Shown piece by piece: positions 49,290-62,490 of a DNA stretch of 64,000 nucleotides. The stretch covers positions 15,688,001-15,752,000 of the forward strand of contig NC_045696.1 of NCBI RefSeq assembly GCF_009834535.1. Direction: 5' to 3'. Source of the DNA: Camelus ferus. Lineage: Eukaryota. Position 1 is the stretch's first letter; each line of letters starts with the position of its first letter. The notes under the pieces are model-generated. The model did not search any database. It had not been told where the DNA came from and saw only the letters and a list, made by a program, of their open reading frames with translations. The translations under genes and the position numbers were made by a program.

Positions 49290-51585
49290 AATGGATCAAA
49301 TTCATCACTCAGAGTTAAAAAAAAAATTAGTAAACTAGGAATAGAGAGGAAAATTTCTTAACCAAATAAAGATCTCAGCCCTCCCCCCCACCAAAACCCT
49401 ACCTCAAACACCATACTCAATGCTACAATGTTATAACCCTTCCCTTTAAAGGCAACTGTAAGACAAATAGCACCCCTCTGTTCAGCATCCAACTGTCCTG
49501 GTCATTGTAACCAACAAGACAAACTAAAAAGAAGTGATATGAATTGGAAAGGAAGAAGCTAAATTTTTATTATTTACAAATCATATGATTGCATATACTC
49601 CTCAGCCTATAAAAATGAATAAAAGAATTCACCAAGACTACAGGACGTAAGATCAGTGTACAAAAAGTAGCGCATCCTCGTATATCAGCAACACTCAGAA
49701 AACGTTGTATGTCTGTATGTGCACAAATCTCATTTACAACGTCAAAAGCTAAGTATCTAGTAAGAAATCCAAAAATACATATGGCTTTTTTAGAGCACTA
49801 TAAATATGTAAAAGTTTTGAGAGATGAAAGACCTAAAGAAATTAAGAGATATACCAAATTGTGGGTGGGAATATTGTAAGGATGTCAGTATTGGGATATG
49901 TCAGTTCTTCCTGAGCTGTATATAAATTCAATGCAATTCTAATCAAAACCCACAAGACCATTTTTTTTTTGTTGAGTTTGACAGACTGAGCCAAATATCT
50001 ATATGGGCCAGTAAATGGTGTACAAAAAAGAAGACAGTTACGAAAAATAAGAAAGTGAGAAGACATGCCTTGGAGGCATCAAGATTTGTTATAAAGCTAT
50101 GGAAAATAAATTGTGTGATACTGGTTCACAGATAAACTGATAGAATAGAGGGCTTAGAGACTGACTCATGTGTCTGTGGAACTTGTAACAGAGATAGCAT
50201 TACAAACCAGTGTAATGGATGGATTATTTAACAGATAATAAATGATGCCGTCCATAAGGATAAACATTAAACTAGATCACTTCACACTACACCCAAAAGT
50301 CTATCCTAATGGACTAATTACATAAATGCAAGATGCAAACATTTATATTTAAAAAGAGGGTAGAATGGCATTATGGTATCAGGATAGGAAGGATTTCTAA
50401 GATAAAAGAGAAGCACAAATAGTAAAAGTAAACTAAACAATCACTGAACTCTACAGTTTAAAAGGGTGAATTTTAAGATAGTTGAATTATATCTTTAAAA
50501 AATACTTTAAATAGATAAGGCAGCAATTCCAGACACAAAGTGTCAGGCAGATTCTGCACTTGGAGAAGATACTTGGCAATTCATATGATTCACAAAAGAT
50601 TAGTATCCAGAATGCCTCAATAGGAAAAAGGCGCGATATGTGTGTTCTCAAAAGAAGTAACAGAGCAGAAAACCAGAAGAGCAATAAACCTGCAGAAGAT
50701 GCTCCCCGTAGCTAGCTAAAGCAGGGAAATGCAGTTTAAAATAGTGCAAGACTGTCTCACTGCTGTCAGGCTGGCAGTAGTCTGTTAAGTCTGATAACAC
50801 CAAGCGATGTGGGCCAACATGCAAGGGAACTCACTCTGCTGGTTGGAGAACATAAAACATTATCAACACTTGGAAAGCAATTTGACCACATGCAGTAAAG
50901 ATGAAGATGGGCATCCTTTAGGACTTAGCGGTACCTCCTCTATGTGCATTCCCTAGAGAATCCCCAAGTACGCACAAGGAGATGTTGTTATGTTGGTTGA
51001 CATATTATTTAAAATAGCAAAACTTTGGAAGCAACCTAAATTTCTATCAGAGGCGAATGGATAGGTAAATTAGAGTGTATTCATACAGTGGACTCGGATA
51101 CAGCAATTAAATCCGTGCATGTTAGTATATCATTACAGTGAATCTCAAAACTGTAATCCTTGTGAAAAAGAGCTAATAGGAAAAAGAACGTGCGAAACAT
51201 GATACTATCTGTGTGAATTTAAACATATAAAATAATTCCGTGTGTTACTTACAGAAACATATACATGTGGTAAATGTGTAAACATATGAGAGAGAGAAAA
51301 GTGCACATGAATTTCAGGATTGCCCCGAACTGAGGGATTTTCCTGGGATGCAGGACTTTCAGTGCTACAGCCTGGGCGACATGGGGCGAGTTGGTCACCC
51401 TGAGGGGAAGAGTCGGAAGGAAGCCTTCAACTCTAATAGTTCACTACTTAGAAAATTACCAATCTGAAACAGATACTGTAAATTATGAACATGTAAGGAG
51501 TCTGGGTAGTGGATATGTGGATGTTTTATATTAGTATCTGTAATTCTTACATGTTTGAAAATCCTTGTAATTAAAAGAAAGAAAG
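49290..51585 (+). mobile_element. Old L1 (L1ME-like) ORF2/3' UTR
   Basis: AGTAAACTAGGAATAGA..AATTGGAAAGGAAGAAG..TATAAATTCAATGCAATTC..TGGAAGCAACCTAAAT..GAATCTCAAAA. Confidence 0.8.
51320..51401. mobile_element. hAT-Blackjack MITE (MER81-like) nested in L1
   Basis: TTGCCCCGAACTGAGGG..TTTCCTGGGATGCAGGACTTTCAGTGCTA..GAGTTGGTCACCCT; AGGGTGACC-type TIR. Confidence 0.75.
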
Positions 51586-51635
51586 CAATGAAATAATTTG
51601 ATGAAGACAGTAATGTATCACCTGGACACTTAGGA

Positions 51636-52403
51636 TGCTGAGACCAAGTCCGTTGTGTGGGTTTTCCAACACTGCAAGCAATTAATTCTGACACTGTGTA
51701 GCGAGAGATAGATGGCATCAGATCCACAGTTAAGGGTCCAGTGCTACAGGACTGCACCCCCAACCAACTTCAGCCACCAACTGTATATAAGTCAAGGTTG
51801 TCACCTGAGCGTCTGAATTCTAGGCCATAGATCAGAGGTTTCAATGATCCTTGGGTTCAATCAATTTTCTAGAGTGCTCACAGAGCCTAGAGGAGCATTA
51901 TACTCACTAGAATAAAGTGATATAACTTAGAATCAGCCAGATGGAAGAGCTGCATAGGGCGAGGTGTGGGGAAATGATCAGAAGCTTCCATGCCTTCTTC
52001 CCAAATCTCCACATGTTCACCAACAAAGGAAGCTCTCTGAACCCTGTCCTTTTGGGTTTTCATGGAGGCTTCATTACATAGACATGACTGATTAAATCAC
52101 TGGCCATTGATGACTGAACTTGGTCTCCACGGCCTCTCCCTCCCCTGGAAGTCTGGTGGGTGGGACTGAAAGCTCCAACCCTCAATCACAGGGTTTAGTT
52201 TCCCTGGCAACCAGTCCCCATCCTTAGGGGCTTTCCAAAAGTCACTTCATTAATGTAAACTCAGGTGTGGTTGAAAGGGCTTTATTTATAAATATCAAGA
52301 CACCTTTGTTGCTCTTATCACTTGGGAAATTCCGGGGGTTTAGGAGCTCTGTGCCAGAAATGGGCTGAAGACCAAATATGTACTTCTTATAAATGTCCCA
52401 ACA
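51636..52403 (-). mobile_element. MER21-like solo LTR inserted in a MER5A remnant
   Basis: CATCAGATCCACAGTTAAGGG..CAGCCAGATGGAAGAG..GGAGGCTTCATTACATAG..GGGACTGAAAG..GGAAATTCC..TTTAGGAGCTCTGTGCCAG. MER5A-like sequence resumes at 52404-52520. Confidence 0.87.
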
Positions 52404-52559
52404 TCTTGTTAATGTGTAGATTCTGATTTGGTATGTCTGGTGTGAAACCTGGAATCTGCATTTTTAACAAACTCCCAGGCCATGCTGATGCTGTCCATCC
52501 TCCAAACACACTTGGGTGGAGAGGGCTGGTGCACGTTGGCCATGTCCTGTACTGCAGGA

Positions 52560-52970
52560 TGAAATAATAGAAGAGATTAGGACTTGAGGATGGGTGGAAT
52601 GTGGGGCTAGGGACTAGGGCTAATCCAGAGGCATAGAGCCAAATGAAGTCTGAAGTTTTGGATGATTGGGTGGATGATGTGTGCTGGGAACTAATGCAGA
52701 ATGTTCAAGAAGTTTGAGAGAGGAATGAATTCCACTTTTAATATGTTGAGTGGTGAGGAGTAATAGGCTTATCGCCTATAAGCCAAGTTCATTGGGCCTT
52801 CAGTTAATGGACTGCACCAATCTGAGCCCAGTGGAGAGCCTGGAGCATCACATCTAGACTTGGGAGTGAAAAGCCTTGAAAAAGGTATAGGGGAATGAAT
52901 GAGATGTTCTGAAGAGAAGTGTAAGAAAGAACAGCAGGCCTTCCATGGAGCCCACAAAAATTCAAGAGTG
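52560..52970 (-). mobile_element. L2 fragment
   Basis: TTTTGGATGATTGGGTGGATG..TTTTAATATGTTGAG..AGACTTGGGAGT..GGAGCCCACAAAAATTCAAG. Confidence 0.55.
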
Positions 52971-53424
52971 CAGTCTGTTTCTCCCTTTCTACGTTTGGTC
53001 AGCCTCCTGGAAAACATTCTGCATCTATTTCAGCTGTCCTTAAGTGTTCTATATCCCTTCAAAATTCTTTCACTCTCAAAATTAATCTGTCCTTCACTAA
53101 TCCGCCTGAGTACACCTCCCATGGTGGCCGGGTCAGTGAATGCTTCATTTTCTTCTGTGTGCTTTTTCTGCTTTATACTGTAGACAAGATGGGATTCATG
53201 GCATTTTGGTTAATTCTGAATTGAATATGTTACCATAACAAAGAAGTTTATGTGAGGATCCATCTTTATGTATTTATCTATTGGCTTGTGCCCCGAACAG
53301 ATCCACTCACAGCTGGTCATATATTCCAGATTTTAGGGGCTACCTTCATTAGATAGAAATCAGAGTTGGGCATTACAGGAGAAGGAGTGTTCGGTGGTGG
53401 CAGGAGTTATTAGAGTGAAGGGAG

Positions 53425-53640
53425 CTATCATTTATTTAGTGCATTCTCTGTCCCAGATGCTCAAAATACATGAGTTTATTAATCTTCAAAATAGCCCTGG
53501 TGACCTGGGTATTACTATTTTTGTGTGTACAGATGAGGAAGTTGAGACTCAGAGTTAAGTCATCTGTCTGATTTTACACAGCTACTGTGCCATGAGCTGG
53601 CATTTAAAGCTTTATGTGCTTGGCCTTTTTCTGTTACTCC
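53425..53640 (-). mobile_element. MIR
   Basis: GCTATCATTTATTTAGTGC..TTAATCTTCA..ACAGATGAGGAAGTTGAGACTCAGAGTTAAGT..ACACAGCTA. Confidence 0.75.
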
Positions 53641-54788
53641 CTATTGGCTCCTGAAGAACTGAATATTTAAAGATGGGATAAAAGAAAACTGCATTGCTAT
53701 AAGACCTTACGAAGAGGGAAACACCATTTTGAGGGGAGCAGCTTTTTCTTACCCTCAGTATCTGTACTCAGTTCTCTCCTATATGCTGCCTCAATATCCT
53801 TTCTCTGCCCTGTTATTATTTATCACTTTATCCAAGTTCCTAAATTATCTGTCTGCCCTTCCACATGCTAGACCCCGAGAGGACAAGAAGAAGTAGGTCT
53901 TCCAACTTACCATTGAAGGTGCAGGACCTGATCAACTAAATGACCCATGGGGGGATCATTGAAACACGGATCAATCCTCTGTTTAAGCATGAAAAAGCTG
54001 ACATTTTGTGAGTTCTAAATAAATATACATCATCTGGATAAATATTTGCTTGGAAAAATCAAGTCATAATTCGAAGATGTTATTGATTTCAGAGAATTTC
54101 TTTTCATGGAGTATAAATTAGATATCAAAACAGAGTAATAGGAATGATTTCTAGGGAGTCAGCCATCACTTTTGAGTCACGCTGTGTAGGATAAATTATA
54201 ATCAGATGATAGGAATTAGAACTCAAGAGCCAACTTGATTACAGTGATTTAACTTCCTGGTCATATTTCATTGGTAGAGTATGTATTTGAATGGCCAGTG
54301 CTTCAGTGGAAAAAGGTGAAGTGGTTCTACTACAGAAGGTCCAGAACCTAAATGGAGAAGGTCTTTTGCGCTGAGGGTTACCTCAGGCAATACTAGGAGA
54401 CATAGTGTGGTACCATTTATCTCCCATCCACGTCTGCTTTTGGACAATTCACAAATTTGAATGTGTTCTGTTGATGAGACAGTATGATCTGCCAGCCTGT
54501 GACTATTAAGGCAACAGGCTTCCTGGAGAACTCTATTCACTTGCATAATTTTTGGAAATAAAATGTTTTAGTGATAAAATTGAGGAGGTGAGAATTACAC
54601 ACACGCTGTGATTTTTATCCCATTATATTGGACGAATTCTGGTGGGCAGCTGCTGGCCAGAGCACAGTATCTTGCAGCTGTCTCCCAACTGGAGAATGTT
54701 AGTGTGAACACACCCGTAACTAATGAAAACTTCAGAGGGAGGTGAACCTCACAAAGTGTAACAGGATTCCACCTGAAAGTGCCCTGGG

Positions 54789-54825
54789 TGTTTAACCCAT
54801 AGTAACTGTTTAACCCATGGTAACT
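54789..54825. repeat. 18-bp tandem duplication
   Basis: TGTTTAACCCATAGTAAC / TGTTTAACCCATGGTAAC, 1 mismatch. Confidence 0.9.
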
Positions 54826-57800
54826 CAGAGATAAACAGAATTCGTAGTTCAGATAGTCATTCTTAAGGGAAAGAGAAAGAAGGAAGAAAATCTTACAGGT
54901 AACAAGAAAGATGCCTTTTTTATGCCTTGGTACAAGTCTGACAAAAATAGAGAAAAACATGACAAGTTCATATTTGGTATGAATTTGGCACTGTCAAAAA
55001 GGTGAACAGAGTGAGTATCTCTCTCTGCTTCATTTTGCAAAAAGTAAGAGCTACCTGTGGTTGCAAATAACAAACTGTACAATGTTGACATGACATTTCC
55101 CTCTAAAAGCACCAGAAATAATAGATCAGCCTCCACAGTATTCCATGTAGGGAAATATTTGAATTTAAATGTATCAAATAAATGGTGAAAGCTCTTCTTT
55201 ATGGTTTCAATCTCCAGTAGCTCTCGTCCTTACATTAAGTAAATAGACCCTCTTGCCCTTTGTCAGGTGGAATTAAACAGAAAACAACTCTTTGTGATTC
55301 TATTCTTAACAGTAATTTTAGTAATGGGGGCGGTAGAAGAAAGATCGAGAATGGTTGGATTTACCAAACTTGGGTCTGAGTTCCTCTTCTGCTATGCTGT
55401 GTCTGCTTTATTCTTCTAATACCACTGAGCCTCTGTTTATTAATTTGTAAAGAGGAAATGATAGAAACAGCTTACCTATCTGGTAGAAGACTGAAGGATA
55501 TATTCACACATTAAAGTACTTAGAAGAGCTTTGAAATATTTTCCCATCATTAATGAAAACACTGGGCTTTGAAAATGTCTGGAGTTTGGGAAAAGAGGAA
55601 ATAGGGAGCAAAGTGACTTCTCCAAAGTCATTCAGAAAGCACATCACCGAGCCACAGAGTTCCCCTCCAGGTGCAAGGCTCTCTTTCTGGTCCTCGGGAC
55701 CAAAACCTGGGCATCTTTCCTCAGGAGAGCTCTCTCAGCCTTGAGTGAAATGAACAGGCTTCTTAATCAAATGTGATTGCAGTCTGATCACTGCAAAGGC
55801 AGCTAATTAAATACTGTCTCCTGCTGTCCAGCAGTTGCTGTAAGCATAATACAGCCCCAAAAGTCATGTGCGTTAAGTAGCAAACCTGCCATGTTGCCCT
55901 AGGCTGACCTGTGAGTTAGGGAAGCTGACTCAAAAACAGGGTAAACAAGTCTCAACCAAAATATAAAAATCTGATTTATTGTGAAAAAATAACCATACAT
56001 GTAATACCAAAAGTCAGGGGCAATGATTTGCTTTACAAAAGGACTCATAGAGTTCCAATTAATCTCCTTTTCCAAAATTTATTTTATTCACAACTTTTCA
56101 GAAATACATATTGTGCAAATGGCTGATTTATCTCTTATTGACAACATGCCAATAACAATGCTTGTAAGAGTATTCCAACCGCTAGCCGTTTCAGCAGTGA
56201 TCGCAGTACTCTGTAGAGCTGAGCAGGCCTTTAAACGTAAAAGTTTAGAATTGCCCTGATTAGGCTTTAAGAAATGATTGTTAATCAGTAGTTCTCTCAA
56301 TATGTCAGTGCTTATAAGACTTGCAAGAGTGAAAAGGGCGGTGACCTGCCTCTGATGCTTCTGATGACGGCCTCTGATGATATGTAACCAGCATCTGCAA
56401 CACATCGCCAGACTGAAAGTCTTTCCAGCAGCAGCAAATAAATGCCAGATGGCATGCTGAATAGAAAGTCATTGATCAGAGCCAGGATCAACTGAGGTCT
56501 GTCAGTTCTAAAATGAGTTTCTTTTTATTTGGCTTGATACATTTAAATAGCCAGCCTATTATACGTGCTACAGTCTTTTGCTTACTGTTTGTGGTAAAAT
56601 AGTTTGTGTCCCATAGCCTTTCCTTGGGAGGATTGGCTCCAGTTCTGGGTAAGACAGAGAGAGCACACCTCACTCTTTGCCTCCCACCAAAGGCAGCTTC
56701 AGAATTTGGGTGGTTCGCATGTAACGGCTATTTCAAGTACACGGAAGCAACAGTAGTTAAGTTGATTAAGGAGCAAGACCGAAATGCAGAGTACTGCCTA
56801 ACACGCTTTGAGTTTATTGGTTTCATTTCCTCTGTTTACTCCACTCTGGACTAAAAATAGCCCCTAACGCGTAAGTAGACAGTGGGACGTGGACAAAGAG
56901 CGATACAGGAGGATCTCTCTAGTTTTGGCTCCTTGAGGCGGGTCTCTTTGTGCTCAAAGACAGTGGGGGAAGTAGCCCAGTGCTTTTCCTTTGTTCTCTT
57001 GTGCGGCTCCTAAGTGATATTTTGACTGCTGCATCCGTGGGGGTGACCATGGCAGCGACATGACCCAACGGGAGCCTAAAACCCTGAGAACAGGGAACCT
57101 TCCTTTCTGATCAGACTGATGTAATACTGGGAGGATGAGGGTACTCCCCATTGCTTTTTTTTCTTTTTTTGCATCTTTGTCCTCCTCCTGTTCAAGCCTG
57201 GATATAAGCCCATTTGTGGAAGTATGCAAAAGGCAGAGTAAATAAAGACCATCTTTCAGACCAGAGAGCCACAAAGGATTGCCTCAGGGAACCAGACAGT
57301 ATTAGGGAGATAGTTTGTCAAGATAGAATAACTTAAGAAAGTGACCCCTAAAGTTGCTTGTGAACTCCTGGCCTCATCTCAGGGTGCACATGCATGGATC
57401 TGACCCTGAACAGTATACCATAGACCTTAAGAGTTGAATACAGGGTTTTTTTATAACCGCCCAAGTCTTAGATTGGCAGCTGGGTCATGCACACATGGGA
57501 CAGAGCCAAACATGACTACAGAGGCTTTGAAAATGGAACTTACATTGAAACCACAACCCACGGAAGTCTGATTAGAATTTGTAGTCTAAATTGAACCTGG
57601 TTGATTGCCAGCTAAAACTAAAATATCAAAATTCCCCATAGACTTAAATCCCAGAGTCTCATAACTTAATATTCAAAAAGTTCAGAATACAGTCCAAAAT
57701 TACCCAGCATACAATGAACCAAGGAAATCTTGACTCACAAAGGAAGACACAATCATCAAGCAAAAGAGATGCTGGAGTTATCTGACCAGACTCAAAAGTA

Positions 57801-57899
57801 GCTTTTATGAAAATGGCCCAACAAATAAGGGCAAATTCTATTTGAAATCCATGAGAAGACCAAATTAGGAAAAAAGAAACAGAAAAAAATATCCAATCT

Positions 57900-58251
57900 G
57901 AACAGCATTTCCTAACACATTTGCTTACTTCATGTCTCTGTATCATTCTCTCAATATTTAATGTATTTCAATATTTCAAACCTTTTCATTATTATTACAT
58001 TTGTTATGGTGATCTGTGATCTGTGATCAGTGATCTTTGATGTTACCAGTACGACTTGCTGAGAGCTCAGATTATGGTTAGCATTTTTGAGCAATATTTT
58101 TCATTTTTGTACACTTAATAGACTACAGTATAGTGCAAACATGACTTTAATATGCACTGGGAAACTGAAATTTTCATATCTGTTCCATTGTGATATTCAC
58201 ATTATTGTGGTAGTCTGGCATCAAACCCACACTATCTCTGACGTGTGCCTA
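57900..58251 (+). mobile_element. Internally deleted Tigger1 derivative (Tigger1a-type)
   Basis: Tigger1 left sequence (TTATTATT..GTTATGGTGATCTGTGATCAGTGATCTTTGATGTTAC) joined to the right end (CGACTTGCTGA..CACTTAATAGACTACAGTATAGTG..ATATGCACTGGGAAAC..TATCTCTGACGTGTGCCT). Confidence 0.85.
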
Positions 58252-58479
58252 TCATCAAAAGGAGACGGGAAAAGGGAATGAATCAAAGGAATGCAAAACA
58301 GAGAAGACAAACAAATCAAATTAAATGATGGACCTCAATCCAGACAAATCAATAATTACATTAATGGTCAAAGCAACACTAACTGAAAGACAGAGAATGG
58401 ATTTTTTTTAACTGACAGAAATTTATCCTGTCTACCTGAAACTCACTTCAACTGCAATGAAATAAGTAGGTTAAAGCTA

Positions 58480-58815
58480 TAGAAGCAGGGAAAAATGGGG
58501 TTGGTCAAAGGGGACAGAGTTTCAGTTAGGCAAGTTGAATAAACTCTGGAGAGCTAGTGTCTACCAATGTGACTGTAGTTGGCAAGACCATATTGTGTAA
58601 CTGAAATCTACTAAGAGGGTAGATCTTAAGCTTTCTTAACACACGCCTACACTCATATACACACACAGACACACACACAAGAAGTGTGCGAGGTGTTGGA
58701 TATGTTAATTACTTTGATTGTGGTTGTTATTTCACTATATAGATGTAAAATCACCAAGTTGTACATTTCAAAGGTAAACGAATTTTGATCGTCAGTTATA
58801 AGTCAATAAAGCTGG
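58480..58815 (+). mobile_element. L1MA-type 3' end nested in the older L1
   Basis: TTGGTCAAAGG..AGTTTCAGTTAG..CTAAGAGGGTAGATCTTAAG..GGATATGTTAATT..AATAAAGCTGG. Confidence 0.82.
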
Positions 58816-60117
58816 AAGGTGGGATGATATGATATATCAAGCCAATAAAAGGGAAAAATAAAAAACAAAAGTTGGAAAAAGACTTACCATGCAAACATTA
58901 ACCAAAAGAAAGGACTGGATTAATATAAAAGTCCAGAACAGAGAACATTACCAGAGATAAAGGGTCATGCTGCATAATCAGAGAAGGGTCAATCAACCCA
59001 GAAGACATAACAGTCAAAAGGAGAGGTTCATAATTTTGATGTTTAGTTTTTATAAACAGCAAATAAAGAGGCTGATTTTGTTTGTTGAAACTCACCTTAC
59101 AGGGGAAAAAGAACAATATATGTATGTTGACTTACATGCAGGGTTAAATGAAATGATTTACATTTTCCCTTTCTTTTTCTTTTTCAATTATGAGTCATGT
59201 CAGTGAATTGCAGATAGTTGCATGGAAGCTTAGATTTACTTTATTCTAACTCTGAATCAGTCTAAAACTTGACAATCCCTGGCATTTTTATGTGTAAATG
59301 CATCAACTAGGAAATGAGATCTTCAAGGATGGCCCACACGTAAGCACCAAAAAGCCACTGCGGTGATGGGAACAATATTAACTTAGCTTCTTGGATGAGG
59401 AGTGTGCCCTGTAGGTGACAAACAATAAAACCAAAGACATAAGCAACAGAAAACTGTGTCGATAATTAAATTTTGTGATGAAAAATGACTAAAATAGTTC
59501 ATTTCAACTTAGCTTTATTAAGAGAAATATATTGTTTCATGAAATGTAGAAGAGAATTTGGAAAGGGAAAAGAACGTGATATTAAAACCAAGACCTTGTA
59601 ATCATTGGCAGGCTTTCCCAACTATGTTCATACATTTTTAAAAATTCATTAAACTCTTGAAAAGGATGATCCTGGCTTTTTTCTTCTAATCTAAATATTT
59701 ATGAGAAGGGAGAGCTTACACAGAGCTGCAAGACCCCAAAAGTCATTTCTTTCTGGTACAGGAAGGAAGTACTTCATAAGGGAAAGGAGCTTATCTTGAA
59801 ACGATTTATCCAAAACCAGTAAAATCTGTTCTGTTCAGATTATGCTATTAAGAAGACTAACCTCCCAGGTGTCTTAATTAATCGATGGTCTGATTGAAAG
59901 ATCTGCAAAACCTTGTAGCTTTTTTTCCTCCCTGTACTGCATCATTTGTTTCAAATAACACTTTTAAACTTATATTAGCATACAAGAAACAAAAACCTAT
60001 TTTCATTTCTTAAATCATTAAAGTTTTTAAATGTCTTGCAATTGTAGACACCAGATATTAATTATGTCTGTTCAGTGGAAAGTAGAGATTTCACAGCATT
60101 TAAATTACTTTAAATTT

Positions 60118-60300
60118 AGGATTCCCAAACTTTAGTATTTATCATAATCACCTAGGAGTGCTTGCTAAAAATAAGTTTTCTTGGAACCTCATCTAGAAAT
60201 TCAGATTCAGTAGGTCCAAAATAGGGGTGGTATACCTATATTCTTATTAATCACCTCCCACTAGGAAATTCTGGAACAAATAGCCTTTGGAATGCACTGA
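60118..60300. mobile_element. MER5-type hAT MITE
   Basis: ATTCCCAAACTTTAG..ATCATAATCACCTAGGAGTGCTTGCTAAAAAT..GATTCAGTAGGTC. Confidence 0.65.
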
Positions 60301-61739
60301 TCTAAGTAAATCATACCAAAAAAACAATTTCTTTTGGACCCTTATTATCCTGTTTTGTAATCAAATTAAGACATATAATCAAACTGCGATTTCATGAACT
60401 ATAGCTTTTTCTCACATACATAAATTTACATAAAGGGTTATTTTCAAATTACTATGGTGAATATATTCAGTATTGAAAATAAAATCTTATAAAGATTTAC
60501 TTATGTTTGCTCAAAGTAATTGAATATAGGGGGAGACCAGTGATTTCTCAGTAAGCCTACGGACAGCCAAATTTGCAAAGCTTTTACCACTACCAAAAAT
60601 AGGATTGTAAAATGGCGATAACATTAGAATCTGTCCCATAGGCGGCTACAAGTAATAAATTCATTAATACTTACGAACCACTTAGAACAGTAGCTGGTAC
60701 TCAGGAATTACTAGCTACCATCTGTTTTTCTCCAATGGCTGCTTCTATCACATCAATTATCTTGTGTGTGACAGGTACATCAGGGAATGGTATTAGTGTA
60801 CCAGGGAAGCTATGTTGGTTCAAACATGATTTTTTTCCTTGGCAAAGGGAGTCAGAACAGTGGAAACAGAATTACAGTCTTCAGCCGAAAAGAGCAAGAC
60901 CCTTAGTTTAAATGCTGCACAGGCTTGAAAGGCTCCTTTCTTGTCCTATTTTAAGAAAAATAAAAGTGAGTGTTCACACCTGGGGCTCCCTAACCAAGAA
61001 AATGCACCCTCAGCCTTACTCATCTCTTGACTTCTAGCCGATCACACCTCCATCTGCATTGTCTCAGTGCTGGGAAACTGGCATTTCCATTAGATTGTTT
61101 TTGTGCCTTTTTAATATCCTCTGAGGCAGCCTCAGGCCACAGTGAGCTTCCTCCTGAGCTGGCCAAGTTATTTCCTGAGTGTCCATCCATTATCCTTGCT
61201 GGAGTGCTCTAAGCACAGCAGAATCTATTGTGACATTAATGAAGCTTTCTCTTCAGTGCCCCTAGCCTGCATGGACCTCTATGCTACGCTGCATCCATAG
61301 GGGTGCATTCACGTGGTCCTGCCTTTTTGTAACTCTTGCAAAGTACAATATTTTGACTGTCTCTTTTAAGACCTCAGTTTCTTTCCCCTTCAATTTCTTC
61401 TCCCTCAGGGGCTTTGGAATGGCTGCACCATTTTGGGTTCCAGCTTGGCAGAAGTGGAATTGTGGGAGCACTTAGTCTAAGTTTAGTATATATTTAGGCG
61501 ATTCTTAGTCACTTCTGTGTGTCATTAAATTATTGCAAGTCATTCCACCACAGGAATGGTTCCCCAGCATGATCAAACAGCCCAGTGCACCCACTTACCC
61601 AGTGTTGTTACAGGAAGGTGCAAAGCCAGAGGTCACATGGCAACATGAACGCAGGATTGAAGTATGTCTTACAGCCGTGCAGGATAGGAAGTTTCTGAGT
61701 AGTGGTGGAGAAGCAACATTTCACATATGAGAGCAAGAA

Positions 61740-62147
61740 GACAGTCTCTGGAAAATTCTTCCAGATGCAGTCTTATTACTTATATGTGAAAGACACCTAA
61801 TGGAAGTTGTCTCAAATTTGATGAGTCCTAAATACTTACACAATATTATCACCAACAAGTTGTGAGGCTTAAGAAATGTTTTACACCAAGAATAGCCCAA
61901 AGCAAATTCTAATCCCTGCACTAGAAGAAAGACTGCATTACCTTTCTTGTCTCTGTTTGGAAGAAGATGTTGCAAAGCTACTGCCATATGAAGAAAAGCT
62001 CAAAGAATCTGCAGCCAAAAAATGTGGTAAAGCATTTACCCTGCAGAGTTGTGCCAGGCAGTTAGTTAATCTAATGTATTTTCCTTAAAAAGGCTCCTCA
62101 AAAATTTACAACTTTTAGACTCTAGGAAACACTTGATCCATCATTGG
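61740..62147 (+). mobile_element. hAT-Tip100 (Zaphod-like) transposase C-terminus and 3' end
   Basis: ORF 61876-62088 contains LEERLHYLSCLCLEEDVAKLLPYEEKLKESAAKKC, resembling the hAT dimerization domain. The downstream AAAAGGCTCCTCAAAAATT..TTGATCCATCATTG resembles the recalled Zaphod terminus. Confidence 0.7.
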
Positions 62148-62490
62148 CTTTGATTTACAAGCTGCATAGATCTTAACTGGTCTGTCTCTAATCTGTTTTT
62201 TCCCATAAACCCTATTATTTTTAATTCATGATATTGTAGAACTTGGGGTTTTTGCAAGAATGTGTACATCTGATTATAGCAGAAATATCTGTTGTTGTTA
62301 TTACTATTTTTATCCTCATAACTACAATTATTGGAACTTAGGATGAGGAGGGAGGGATATATTCAACCAGATCTGTTAAATAATAGATTTTTAAAGTATG
62401 ATTTTGTATTTGTATTCCATTTTATATTTTAAAAACACTCCACTTTGCATTTTAAAAGAAAATATCAAGCGAATGAAAGCCCACAGAAAT

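Larger units (their letters stand above)
57200..59020 (+). mobile_element. Old L1 (5' region through start of ORF2 endonuclease), interrupted twice
   Basis: CAAAATTACCCAGCATAC..AACCAAGGAAATCT..; ATCAATAATTACATTAATGG..GAAACTCACTT..; then resumes at GGAAAAAGAC..CCATGCAAACATTAACCAAAAGAAAG..GGGTCAATCAACCCAGAAGACATAACA. Confidence 0.7.
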
